This document shows, piece by piece, positions 28,554 through 42,598 of a stretch of 64,000 nt of DNA (positions within the stretch are counted from its first letter, which is position 1; each line of letters begins with the position of its first letter). Below the pieces are notes generated by a model. That model saw nothing but the letters and a program-made list of their open reading frames with translations. It had not been told where the DNA came from and ran no database searches. A program made the translations under genes and the position numbers. This stretch comes from the human T2T-CHM13v2.0 reference genome, Homo sapiens, in assembly GCF_009914755.1 (NCBI RefSeq), contig NC_060930.1, one strand, 5' to 3'.

Positions 28554-29200
28554 TGTGGCAGACCAGGTTTCACTAACACTGGCCTCCATCACAACTGTTT
28601 GAGTACTGACTGCGTGGTGAAATATTAAAAGATAAAAAAGTCAGTGCCCTTATACAAAGGCTGGAATGAAACAAAAAGCCCATCAAGAGTTTTGCCGTGG
28701 CCTTTCCTGGGTCTTAAAGCATGACATGGGAATTCTTAATAGGACCCATTTAGGATTAAACAAGCGTTACTGGGGTTCTGAAGAAACTCCCTAGGCCACC
28801 ACAGACAAGTTTGTTGGGGATCTGAAGGAACTCCCCAAACCTCCGTGATTTAGCAGGAGACAAGATAAGGGTAATCACCCCAGCACCTGGACCCATTTAC
28901 ATTAAGTAAATTTACTAAGGCTCCAGAAGAAGGCCTTCAGGACTCAGACCTTAGTTATAGATTAAAAGAAGTTAATCACTTATGTCTTTAGAAGAATGCG
29001 CACTTATACATAGCCATATAGCTTAGAAGATATACAAGCTCTGAAAAACTTTGTAATTTTGAGTTGGTCTGGCAATAATTTCCAGGCCTTCTACCTAAAA
29101 CCGGTTACAGAAATAAAAACTTCTTCCTCCCCAGTTCACCTGCATCTCGTTATTGGGCCATGAGAAATAGCAGCCCGACCCTCAGTTTGATCCAGGAACA
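28554..29200 (+). mobile_element. ERV1 solo LTR (LTR15-like) inserted in a reverse MIR
   Basis: 'tgtggcagaccaggtttcactaac' ... 'gaccctcagtttgatccaggaaca'; 4-bp TSD ATCT at 28550-28553 and 29201-29204; MIR 'tatctccattttacag' follows. Confidence 0.85.
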
Positions 29201-29948
29201 ATCTCACCAGGGCTTGCCATCAGCCCAGGACAATTGACAAGGTAAGTACTTTATCTCCATTTTACAGCCGAGGAAGGTTTGAAGAGGTTAGGAGGCTTGG
29301 AGACCACAGCTCCAGTGGTGGGATAGAGGGTAGTGGGCTACAGTTGAGAAACGGGGACCGTCGTTGCTCCTCAACCCACTTTTCTCAAGACCTTCATAGG
29401 TCTTTTTCAGCTCCCTGCACACCCAGAACAGGAGCATTTAAGAGAAGTGTTGCTTTTCATTTGTTCTTAAGACACTGCTCTCGGGCACCAGATACACCAA
29501 CCGAGCGATTCTCAGAACCCCTAGCATGGGCCACAAACCAAACACGCAGAGCCGCAGCGAGGACAGAGGGTGCCGCGTGGCCCTTCCTGACATTCTTTCA
29601 TCTGCACACTGTACCGTCAACTCATTTTCTGCACGGAATGAAGATACATCACTCTGCTCTGGAAAACTACATTTAGCATCTCCTTCTTTTTGTGGGGCAG
29701 GGAAGTTTTCATCGACAAAGCGTTTGTATTGCAGATGGCTCACCATATGCCACGTTCCTGCACGTTATCACCTTGTAAGCAGATTCTGTCAGGTTTTAGG
29801 AGTAAAAGCTTAATTAACAAGTGGTGTGTACAATTATGTACTTAATTATCTACTGCTTTTATTTCTTTGTTGTTTCTTGTTTTCCAAAAGTTTGGTAACA
29901 ATTACAGGCAACTGTTGCCTAATGCAATTTCTCTCTGCACCTCTTTTT

Positions 29949-29955
29949 GTGTGTG

Positions 29956-29986
<31 letters not shown>

Positions 29987-29990
29987 TTTT
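29949..29990. repeat. (GT)11 plus poly(T) microsatellite
   Basis: Direct reading. Confidence 0.95.
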
Positions 29991-30115
29991 GCCATTTGTA
30001 TGCTGAGAGGGGGCTTTCTCTTTTCTCCCCCCATCCACCAATTAGAACAGATAGACGCAACATGGGCCACTGATCTAAATCTCTGAGGGGTGGCCCACGT
30101 GTGTATGTGTGGGCA

Positions 30116-30120
<5 letters not shown>

Positions 30121-30164
<44 letters not shown>
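30121..30164. repeat. (GT)22 microsatellite
   Basis: Direct reading. Confidence 0.97.
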
Positions 30165-30166
<2 letters not shown>

Positions 30167-31159
30167 TTTATTTTAAAAGAGTTTCCTGTGAGGTTGATCT
30201 GCAGTCCTGGTTAGAAACACAGACCTGAGTCTCCACGTTGCTGACTGGGCTTTCAGGGGATCTCATTCTTTCTCCATCTCCCTTTGCTGGCCCACCCTGG
30301 AGGCCAGTGGGGTTGGCTGGTCTAGGCTGGTGAGGAGGACAGGAGGTGCTGGGGGGACAAGGGACAGCCCTGCAGCACGGTGAGGGCAGAGGCAGCTTTG
30401 GGGAGCTGAGCACAGAAAGCAGGAAGAATTGTAATGGAAGCACAAGCAGCAGCAACTTGGAGGGAACTTGCTGGGCTGAAGCCAAACCCGGAATGTGGGA
30501 CTTAAAATAAAGTGAGTGGATTCGCTTGAAAGCACTTCTGCTCACATCCCTCTGAGCTAAGGAACTTCTAGAAGCCTATGCCTCCAGCACAGCTGTCTTT
30601 CATACAAATCCATGCAAGAGGGTGTCCTGTTTTAGGGAACCTCCCACAAGAGTTGAAAACTCAGTTATCAGCATGTGGTGACAGAAATGGCCCCACAGCT
30701 GACAGCGGAGGAGGCTGAACCGTCAGGTAGACAGCCCATCTGGCTTCCCAGAGGGCCGAGGGCTGGCCCTGGGTTTCTCAGCTGGCAGGTGGGGTTCCCT
30801 GGGCCCTAGTTCTGAAGCACCCTCCCCACCACACCCACCAGTGTCAGCCAAGGCTGGGTGCCATCCAAGAGGGCTAGGGAGAGTGGGTTGGAGGAAGATG
30901 CAAGGGCAGAAGAATTGCAGAATCAAGAGATCAGGGCTTCTCTTTCTCCAACTAGAGGAAGAAGCCTGAGGGACACTTCCCTGAAATGAAAACAGACAGA
31001 GGCCGGCCCCAGCATCACAGACATGAAGCCCCTGTTGCCTGCACGCTCACCGAGCTCTGTCACACCTCCTCTCTGTGCATCTGTCTCCTTATCTGGCAGC
31101 GGCTGGGTGAGGTCATCCAGCTCTGCCAGGCCTACCATCTCCTATTTCTTAGAGAAGAG

Positions 31160-31310
31160 TCCACTAGACTCCAAAGGGCTGTGCTCTGGGGAAAGCACAG
31201 CGGAGGACACTGTTGGGCCTGTCCTTGCCTCTGTGGTTTACCCAGGGCCTAGAACAGTGCTTGCCATGTGATGAGGGAGCTCAACAGGTGTCTGTCAAGT
31301 TAATGAAAAT
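31160..31310 (+). mobile_element. L2 3' end
   Basis: 'cccagggcctagaacagtgcttgccatg...gctcaacaggtgtctgtcaagttaatgaa'. Confidence 0.65.
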
Positions 31311-34300
31311 GTAATAGACATGCCATTTGCTGATTTGCCAGGCACATGGCTCCTTCTAAAGATAGCTGCTCTGTCCCACCGGGAGACCCCCAGGTCTCTG
31401 TCTGTGCCTGGTCCCAGCTGACCTAAGGGCAGCCCATCAAGGCACGTCAACCTGAGATGTGGTCTGGGATGAAGAAACGACACAGGGCAAATGGGTTCTG
31501 CTTCTCAGAAGGTTGATCTGGGAAGTACTCAGAGCATGAGTGATTAGCATTGGGCATTGAAGCTAAAAAGATCACTGGAAAGAAAAGGAAGAGGTGAGTA
31601 ATAAATGGCTGAGGCAGCAGCTGCAGTCCTGAGTGGAGAGAGAATCTGGTGCGCCAGGAGGGGAGGCCCTCTGCTCCAACGTCCGCCTGCCCTCAGCATC
31701 CTGCATTGCTTCCCCTGGCAGACCCTTCCCTATGCAGAAATCTTTCCCTGCAATCTCAGATACCTTCAGGGCAAGCCCTGGGAAAACAAGCTTGAAATGA
31801 TAGAGGCAGGAGGTGGATGCATCTTCCCACACCTGGGGTCCAGAAAGCAGCATCTGACCAACTTCAGAAACCAAACAAGAATTTGGGGACATGTGAGGGG
31901 ATCATTTATCCAAGCTGGGATTTAGGGAAAAGCTCCAAACGTTACTTGAAGGGCCCCAGTAGAAGAATGGAAAGTTAATTGCCAGGACAACTTCCCCACT
32001 GCAGGGTAGGGTTGGGATGGGTGAGAAAGTAGGGGAGAAAGTGGTGACAGGTAGGAGTAGAGACTCAGAAAGCCTGAGGAATGAATGGGCACTCTTGTTC
32101 CCATGCACAGGATGAAATGGCATCTTGGCGCTTTTGCTGAACAAGGCAACACTGGGTCTGTCTGACCTGAGGACACTCCATCCCAGCAGGACCCTAATGG
32201 AGCAACCCACCTGGTCTTTCACCTGTCAGAGGAAAGCACCTCTTCAAGCACATGGCCAGGGAGGCTGATGGGGCTGGAAAGCAGGAACCATACACCACCT
32301 GGGTCTGTGCCTGGGAAGGTGAGCTCTTCCGCTGACCCTATACCTGCTACAGAGACCCAGACAGCAGGGCCCTCTCCTAAGTGACTTTCAGCTGCAGACA
32401 CGGCTTCCATCATCATGCACCATTCCCTAATCTATTCCCTCCAGTGGGGAGGAATCCAGACTGCAAGGCTGAAGGCCACCTTCACGGAGAAGCATGGGTG
32501 GGCCAGGACAGACCCCCTCCCCAATCCGCTGCTGGCCACAGCTCAGGGACACATTGAGTCATGTAGTACCCTTCCCTCTTCTGTCCAGAGCCATTCCTCA
32601 GAACTGCCTTCAGGAGGCCCTGACCACTGCATGCACACGCATGCAGTGGAAGCTGCAGTAGGGTAGAGGACAGCTAGGAAGGTCAGGATGGGGCAGTCAG
32701 TGAAATTTGGGGACTGCTGGAAAAGGCTTGGGACTGTGCCTTCCTTGCAGAAGCAAAGGAGAGAGAGATATGCTCACTTCCAGAGGTGGAATCCAACTAC
32801 CAGGACCAGGTTAGGGACCTGCCCATGGGGTCCCGGCTGCTCTCCATGCTGGTGATGGTGGTGTTCCTAGAATGACATCACACAAGTGCTGAAAGTGGGG
32901 AGTGGTTGGGAGGAGAGCCCCATAACTCGCTTGCTCTCGTGGGTGTTTCTCAGTCCTACTTCCCTGCCCCACACCAGAGGGTTGCTCTTCCAGCCTCCCC
33001 AGCCACCCAGCCCCACCACCCCTGCAGAGCCAGCTTGCCCTCTCTAACCCTCCCTTCTCCTGCCTCTCCCCCAGGTCTGCTGCTACCACCTCTTGGGGGT
33101 CCCCACCCTGAGCTCAGTGGGCCCCCAGCCCACACCACAGGCTGAGGGAGGCTTGGTTGTCATGGTGACGTCCAGGTACCCAGAATAAAGAAGGGGCTGC
33201 TGGGGAGTGGCACAGTCATCTGTACATCAAAAACAGTTGCTGGCTCTGCTCCTTTCCAGCTTTGCACTGACCTGTCTATCCAGGCCTCACTTGGGCCAGA
33301 GCCCAGCTTCACGAAGCCTTGCCTGGCCTTGTCAGGCACAATCAATTGTTCCCTCATCTGATCAGCCCTTACACCCGTCCACGGCAGGCTGGCCACTGCA
33401 CTATGCTAACTTGAGCTGCGTCTGTTCCCTGGCCAGGGTGGGGTGCTCCCCTGCGGTCTACTTTAATGAGTCCACCCCCACCACAGCTCTCTGGGAGGGT
33501 TCCTAGGCAGACTGCACCTTGGCTGAGCCAATAAGTGGAACCCACCCCCCCTTCCTATCTACTCCTTTGACCCAGATCAAGCATCAGCTCCCGTGAGCTC
33601 TTCTCCCAAGAATTTTAGTCCTGTTCATCTCTGTGTTGACACCGTTCATGTCCAATAAGCTTCTCTTGCAGTTGATGGGTGTGGGGTGGGGTGAGGGCAA
33701 GAGGGCCCAAATGGGCTGCTGAAGCCAGGCCTGGGAAGGAGGGGCTAGGGAGCAGTGGGGATATGGGAAATGAGGGCAGGCCACGGCATAAGGAAGGGGA
33801 AGGCTGGCTTCCTGGCCCCTTGCTGGCCAGACACACTGTCCTGGAGCTCTGAGTAGCTTTAAACCATACCCACCAGGAATTAAGTGTTGAGAGAAAATGA
33901 GCCTGCAGGTGCTGGGGTTTGGAACAATGCCATGTGAAGAGGCCTCCTTTCAAGGCTGCTGGATCAGGTGACCTTGAGGACATCTCACACTGAGAGGGTG
34001 GGGTACAGCGTGTAAAGGTGTGCCTAATGGATGCCAGTGTGTGGAGGAGGGCCCACTCCATCCCAGGAGGCAGATGTTGGTCAGGAGCGTGAATGGGGGA
34101 CTTAGCTCCTGGTCATAGATATGTGCAGGCGTCAGCTGTAGGACTCTGGTGAACAGGAGAGGCAGGTCCAGGTGTATTTACATTTCTTTCTGACTCTGCC
34201 TAATTATTTCTCCCAATTGCTCCCACTTTGAGCCCAGCCCAAGGTTGTCCTTTGATCAACACTGCCATGCCTCCCAACGCTAATCTGCCAACCATAAGCG

Positions 34301-34929
34301 TCCCGAGCTTCTCTCGCCCGGACATTAACCATGAGTCCTCTGGGCTGGCATGTGCAATGGGCCCAGCCGGAGTGCTGCTGGGAAACCTGCTCAGGGGGCG
34401 AGCTGAGCCTCCTGGGATAATTCTGACTAAATGATTCTTCACGGAGTTGACTTGAAATGTGATGAATGGGTCCCCAGTGCTCTTAAAGCCTCCGAAGTCA
34501 GAGCCACAGAAAAGACTCTGGGAGTGGCCTTGAGTCCAGCCCTGGAGAAAACCAAAGGTTGGAGTCATGAAGTAACTGCTTATCCACTCAGTGACGGCAG
34601 AGTTGAAACTAGGACCCAGGACTTGCCTCCTTCTTCTTCTCATGCCACAAAGATAAGAACATGCATTTCCTGACATGCAATTTGCTAACCTCTTCCCAGG
34701 TTATGTGTGTGAAAGTACCAGGCTACCAGATGGCGTTGAGTCCGAATTAAGGTGGTGTCTCATTGCATTTCACATCATGACCAAGCAATGTCTTACCACC
34801 CCACAAAAAGCCAACTGAGGCTTCCTTGAGTGGAAAGACCACAGTGTTGAGGGCAGGGGCTCTGTGAGCAGGTACCTAGAGCTAGAAGTCAAAACAAGGA
34901 AATGTTTCGAGGGAGGAAGGCAAGTTAAA

Positions 34930-35414
34930 TGTCAGGCCTCTGAGCCCAAGTTAAGCCATCATCATATGCCCTGTGATTTGCACGTATACATCCAGATGGC
35001 CTGAAGCAACTGAAGATCCACAAAAGAAGTGAAAATAGCCTGTTACCGCCTTAACTGATGACATTCCACCACTGTGATTTGTTCCTGCCCCACCCTAACT
35101 GATCAATTGACTTTGTGACAATACACCCTCCCCACCCTTGAGAAGGTACTTTGTAATATACTCCCCGACCCTTAGGAAGGTGCTTGGTAATATTCTCCCC
35201 ACCCTTGAGAATATACTTTGTAAGATCCACCCCCTGCCCACAAAAAATTGCTCCTAACTCCACCACCTATTCCAAACCTAGAAGAACTAATGAAAATCCC
35301 ATCATCCTTTGCTGACTCTTTTCGGACTCAGCCCAACTGCACCCAGGTGATTAAAAAGCTTTATTGCTCACACAAAGCCTGTTTGGTGGTCTCTTCACAG
35401 GGAGGCGCATGACA
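34930..35414 (+). mobile_element. HERV-H solo LTR (LTR7 family, LTR7B/C-like)
   Basis: 'tgtcaggcctctgagcccaag' ... 'aagcctgtttggtggtctcttcac...catgaca'; three 'cccttgagaa..tactttgta'-type repeats; 5-bp TSD TTAAA at 34925-34929 and 35415-35419. Confidence 0.95.
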
Positions 35415-35446
35415 TTAAAGACAAGGAAGCTGCCCTCTTTTGTGTG

Positions 35447-35521
35447 CCCCTACCCTCTCCTACCCTCTCCCCTACCCTCTCTCCCCTACCCTCTCCCCTA
35501 CCCTCACTCTCCCCTACCCTC
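35447..35521. repeat. Degenerate (CCCTACCCTCT)n minisatellite
   Basis: About 6 copies of ctaccctc; G-rich on the minus strand. Confidence 0.9.
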
Positions 35522-35741
35522 AGCCTGAATCTGCCTTTGGTTAAATGCCTGATGGAATTTTGCAAAAATGAGAGATTTGCTCGGATCACCCCAAATTCCA
35601 CTGGGTGGAGGATGGGCGGGGAGCTCCAGCAGTGAGAGCGTGGCAATGGAACTGCTTTGTCGAGCTGAGACAAGCATGTCTCTTCTGGACAGCAGATGGG
35701 CCCTCTTTGTGAGCCTGTCGCTGCAGACCCGTCTGGGTCCC

Positions 35742-36319
35742 TGTAAAAAGTAAAGGTTCCTCTATCAAACACTTTCCTCCCCGTCTAATTAGGAATAAAT
35801 AGTAACTTCTCTTAGAAGCAAAATTTATTCAAAGACCTGTGCTAACATTCTTAAATATCTGCTAGCCGTAATAAAGAAATCAATATACTTTATGTTCTTA
35901 GCTCCCACAATTTAGCCTAAATATTTGTCCTGGGTTGCTTATACTGGTCCAAGCAAGCATTAGGTCATAGCCTGTTCCTCTTCCTTATTTGAAGGTGTTT
36001 TTACCTTTCTCAGCATTACACAAGTTACTTCCTCCTTCCTTTATTCTCCTCTACCTTTGCCTCTTTTAAAAAGTTCTCAGTTGCTAGCCAATCAGGACAA
36101 ATACAGAACGTGAGGTCCCGTTCCAGCCAGTGGAAACCGGATACAGCAGTAGGGTGGACGCGTCAGGTTATGAATGACCCTGTCTCCTTCGTTCGGTGTA
36201 CTCGTGGCAAAACTGCTGGCGAGTGTACCCTTCCTCCAGGAAGTAAAAATGGCCTTGCTAAATAAATTTATGTTCAAGTACGATTTCTTTACGGCACCGG
36301 AAAACAAGCATTTCAAACA
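35742..36319 (+). mobile_element. ERV1 solo LTR (LTR10C-like, HERV-IP)
   Basis: 'tgtaaaaagtaaaggttcctct...ttagctcccacaatttagcctaaatattt...caagcatttcaaaca'. Confidence 0.9.
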
Positions 36320-37059
36320 ATTCAGCTGCTAAGGGGAGAACTATGCTCTCAAGATCACACTCAGCTAAAAACCTCACAGGTCCTCAGGTAGTGGCAACAA
36401 GGCATCCTAGCTCACATTGATTCCTTTGGCAGTTTACAGGTTTTAATACACATTCCCATGTTATTTTGAGTCTCTTAACCATGGACGAAGAGTAAGGAGA
36501 AAAAAGCTTCCCTATGCAGGTGGGAAGACTGATCTGCATCCACTCAAAAGTGAAGTGGAGTAAAACGATTCCAGGCCAGTCCGTCTCCATGCCACACGAG
36601 GCCCCGTGCCCCAGGGCATCCATGGGAGGCCACAGCTGTTGATCATAGTTCTTCCCTTTGCCCACTTTTGTCTTTACAAGTAATCATTTCTCTGTTTCCC
36701 ATCAACATCTCTGTCCCAGGCAGAGATGTCACCCTTCCCCACCCTAGGCCAGACTTGAGGCTGCTGTCCCTGGCACCCCCTGCAGAGCCTGCCCCTCTGG
36801 CCCCCCCACTGAGCAAGTGAGTGTGTTCAGCAGAAATGTTCCTCAGCTAGCAGAGATCAATACATCAATAGAAACATCAGCCTGAACATAAACAGAGGGA
36901 GGTTGAGGGGAACAGGGGCAGGGGATAAATGCATTCTGCAAAGAGAAAAGCCAGACAGCCCCATCGGGATCTGTGCTCCTGGGAGCGTCTCACCTGCATT
37001 GTTAAAGAAGGGAGAGAGACTCATTACTTCAGGCCCTGCTAATTAAGAATCACCATCAT

Positions 37060-37181
37060 GGGAGGCTGAGGCAGGAGAATTGCTTGAACCCAGGAGGCAG
37101 AGGTTGCAGTGAGCCGAGATAGCACCACTGCACTCCAGCTAGGGTGACAGAGTGTGAGACTCCGTCTCAAAGAAAAAAAAA
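37060..37181 (+). mobile_element. 5'-truncated Alu (right-arm part)
   Basis: 'gggaggctgaggcaggagaattgcttgaaccc...ccgtctc' plus A tail; degenerate TSD aagaatcaccatca/aagaactgccttca. Confidence 0.9.
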
Positions 37182-37832
37182 GAACTGCCTTCAGATTGGC
37201 CTAGGCTGAATTCTGCCTTCATTCTAGGACTGGCGAGCTGGCTCACCTGAAGGCAGCCTTTTCTATCTTGGCCTTACAGGAGCATTGTGGGTGGGATTCC
37301 TAGCCATTCCTTTCTTGGGGCTCCATAAGTACTGGGAGTGGGAGCCCCCTGAGCCAAGCATGGTGCCTTTGAGCTACAAACACCTGGCAAGTGCAGGACG
37401 AACTGCCGTGGCCGGACTCTGAGCAGCTTAGATATGCAGCAGCCAACTAGCGAAGAAGCGGAAGTGTAACTTGGATTCCAGTGAAGAATGAAAGGCCCCT
37501 AAGCAAGGGCAGCAGTCCAACTATCCATGTCGACACAAGTGATGGGAACTAACTCTGGCTTCACTCAGCCTCAGTAAACCTCCAAAGGCACCGTTCTGGA
37601 GGGCCATCAGCCTGGCGCCCACAGCCAGCATGGGGAGCACCTGGATGAGGTCTCCTTTGCAGAACTTTGGGGAGGAGGGTGGAGAAGAATGCTTAGCAGG
37701 ATGCCAGCACCCTCTGGCAGGGGCTCCAGGATGCTCAGTTCTGGGCTCTGGGCCACAGAAACTTCTATCCTTTCCTTTAGCGAATTTGGGAGAATACGCC
37801 CAGACCAAGACCAAGAAGCAGTTTGCAGGTTT

Positions 37833-39292
<1,460 letters not shown>

Positions 39293-40384
39293 AAAAAAAA
39301 AAAAAAGGAATTGGAAGGAGCAGACAGACCTGCTTAGCATTGTTAGGGTTTGTTCATCATGGCAGGTCTTTTCCAAATAGGCCACCACGTTGCTGATTTT
39401 CATTCCTCTGGGAAGTTCTCCAGAGTCCAAATTCTTGCGTCAATTACTTCAAAACTCAGTTTTATACCTGTTACTTCACTTATGTCAAACCACTCAAGGA
39501 ATAGTGGCGTTGTTGGGGCCAGGAGGTGTTGCGGAGCAAGAGAGAGGAAGGAGAAGCAGTTTTTGGGGACTGGCTGGGTGGGGTTGGACACCCAAGAGTT
39601 CAGAATTTGGGCATTTGGGGAGCAAGGGGAGGCCATCCCCTAAGATCCTGGTGGTGGCATCCACGCCCCTGAAAAATCACTTTTGAAATCTGTGCTCTAG
39701 CTTAACAAAGAATTCTCCTCTCAAGTATCAAGTGACCCAAGGGGTACTCTGGGTTAAATAAAAGGGAACAGCCAGCAGAAACTGTCCTAAGAAGAACCTG
39801 GGGTTCTTGGGGCAGATTAGGAAATTAATACCAAAGAGAGGCTTAGGGCAGCTGCTGCCCAGCCTAGTAACCAGAAGTGGTCTTCTGGGTCTTGAGGTCT
39901 TCAGACCGGTAAGTCAGCGTCCGGTGAACAGCCTCAATTAGAGACCATAGCTCTCAGGCCTTCTGCTGAGGATGCCTGAGGTCTTTGCTGACACCTGTTC
40001 TTGAAAAGCATGGAGATCAGGACAGTTTGAGCTTCAGGTAGATGAGCAGAGAGCAGAACAGGGCTCTGAGCTGGGTGGCCTCCTCCTTCCTCTGAGGAAT
40101 CATGGGGAGAGGATGATTAAAAAGAAAGGATGTCTGTGGGGGTAGGGAGTGGGCTTGGGAATATTCGGGATCAGTGACCCTCGGGTCCTCTACCTTGGCC
40201 TGATGTGGAGTTGCATTTGCTTTCCCTGAGTTTCAGGCTTGTACACAGGGAGGGGTATGTGAACAAGCAAGCCCTGATGTGCTGAGGACACGATGGCGGT
40301 AGCAGGCCTGGGGACTCGCCATAAATAGCCCCAAGATGCATCAGGAATGGGATGGGGCTGTTGGTAACCTCCTTGCTCAGCTAA

Positions 40385-40585
40385 TGATAGTTATAGCACC
40401 CTACAACTCAGGGGCACTTGATTTATTTACCAGGTCCTTCCATACCCATTAACTCATGGGAACTTTCCAAGGGTACTATAAAATGGACAAGTAGAGGTGA
40501 CTGGGTCTCAAGAGAGGTGACTCACATGATGAGTCAGTGGTAGGACTGGCACTGGACTCCACCCCAGAGCTCTCAGCTCTGGCCC
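40385..40585 (-). mobile_element. MIR (reverse), degenerate
   Basis: 'ccattaactcat...agaggtgactgggtctcaagagagg...cagtggtaggactgg'. Confidence 0.5.
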
Positions 40586-41412
40586 TCTTCCCTCCTACTC
40601 CACCATACTACAGAGGGACAGTCCCATAGGAAGACCCCCAGGTCAACCCAAGAAACAGCCACACGAATGTGAGGGTGTCCAGAGCCGCTCTGCTTCCAGG
40701 CACCTCCCTCCTCATTCAGACACCTTCTAAACCCAGCTTGGAAGGATGCCCTCTCACCAGTTGCTGCATGCCCTCACTTTTGAACTTTGTAGATTGGGAG
40801 CTTGAGGGCACACACCACCCCCCCTGCACAGGACGAGAGGTCGACAGGTACAGGCAGCTAGGAGCAATTCACACCCACCAGTAAGTGGGGAAGAGGCTGG
40901 CTTAGCCCTTTGGGATACCTGGCCAGGCCTTGTGGAGACCCAGCTGGGCTCCTCAGAGCAGGGACAGCCCATGGGCTCCATAAACTTCAGTGACTCATGG
41001 GTGACCACCCTGATAGGGCCAGGGAGAGGCAGAGAGGTAGCCTGCCCTAATCACTGCCTGAAGGCTCTGACATCAGAGAGGTTTGCTGGCCTCCCTCTCA
41101 AGTTGGCTCACTCCACCTTGAGGCTCTTTAGGCTCTTTGTGGGTGCCCTTTGTCCTGGACCTGGGCTCCAGCCTTTGGGGCTTCGTGGATGGGAGGAGTG
41201 TAGAAGTAGGGGAACAGCCTACACTTAATATCTTAAATTTCAAAGTCTTCTGCTCCTAGCAAGGCTCATGGGGCAGGTTTGAGAAAGACTTTGATCTTGA
41301 AATAGGTTGTTGGGTCGTCCTGAGTCCAGGTCTGGGGTTTGTCAGGTCTTGGGTCTTTGATTTGCTGTGAGTGATTTTCAGTACCCTTATGTCTTCATAA
41401 AAGGCCCTTCCC

Positions 41413-41581
<169 letters not shown>

Positions 41582-42429
41582 CGAAGTCCCCTCCCAGAGT
41601 TTCTGTAAGGATCAAATGAGATAATGGGTGGGAATGTGCCTCACCATCTATATGGTGTTGCACAATGGAAATGGATTTTATCGTAAGGGTTTTGGGGCCC
41701 TGTGGGCAGGTGCTTTTGCAGAGGAGAACCAGTATACCAAGGGCTGTCAAGACAGCCTTACTTTCTCACCTTGATGTGGGGGACAGAGGGCTTTCCAAAT
41801 TTTAGGGGCTGCCAGGCTGGACAGGGAAATGCTCAGCATGGTTAAAGATCCACAGAGTAGAGGGAAATGAACCTTCACTAGCTGTTCAGCGTCCCAGGCC
41901 TTTTTACTGCTCATCATAAATTACCATCCTGTTTTATTTTCGTTTTATAGCCTCTTCCAGTCTGTTTCTGGTGATTCACTCTCTGCTCTGGGCCAACTAT
42001 GTTAGAAATGGTTTCCTGGTCTTTCTCTTTCTCTGTCGACACCTCAGATGGCTGGCGACTGACCCAGCAGCTGGGGAGCTTCCATCAGCACCCGTTGGAT
42101 GAAGAAACATCAGAGCTGACAGCTGAAAGGTGACAGCAAAGAATCGAGATACGTAGTGTCTGCCCTCTAGCAGCTTCCACCAGAGGAGGGAGGGAACCGG
42201 AAACCTCACATTTGCACAGGCTTGCAGACCCAGCTTCTGAAGAGGAGTCACTACTTCCTGGGACCTGCGCCTCCAATTCAGGCAGCTCTCAGGAGGTGAT
42301 GACACGTTCTTCAGCGTAGTTGGCTCTCTCTTGATGTGGTTGGTCCAACCTTTCAGTATTTAGAAGTGTTAGGGAGACCTCCAAGATCCTTTCCATTGTC
42401 AATATCTTGTGGTTCTGCCATTGTGAGAA

Positions 42430-42598
42430 GGAAGGGCCCTGCCTGGGGGTTGGGAGGCTCTCGTTCTAGTCCCAGTTCTACTACCAGTGAGTGGCCCTGG
42501 GCAAGTCTCTTTCTCTCACCAGGCAACAGTTTCTTCTTCTGTAAAGTCAAAAGGCCAAAGCAGGTCACCCAAATGCCTTCTGGTTTTGCCATTCTACA
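42430..42598 (+). mobile_element. MIR3/MIRc
   Basis: 'gttctagtcccagttctact...ccctgggcaagtc...cagtttcttcttctgtaaa'. Confidence 0.75.
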
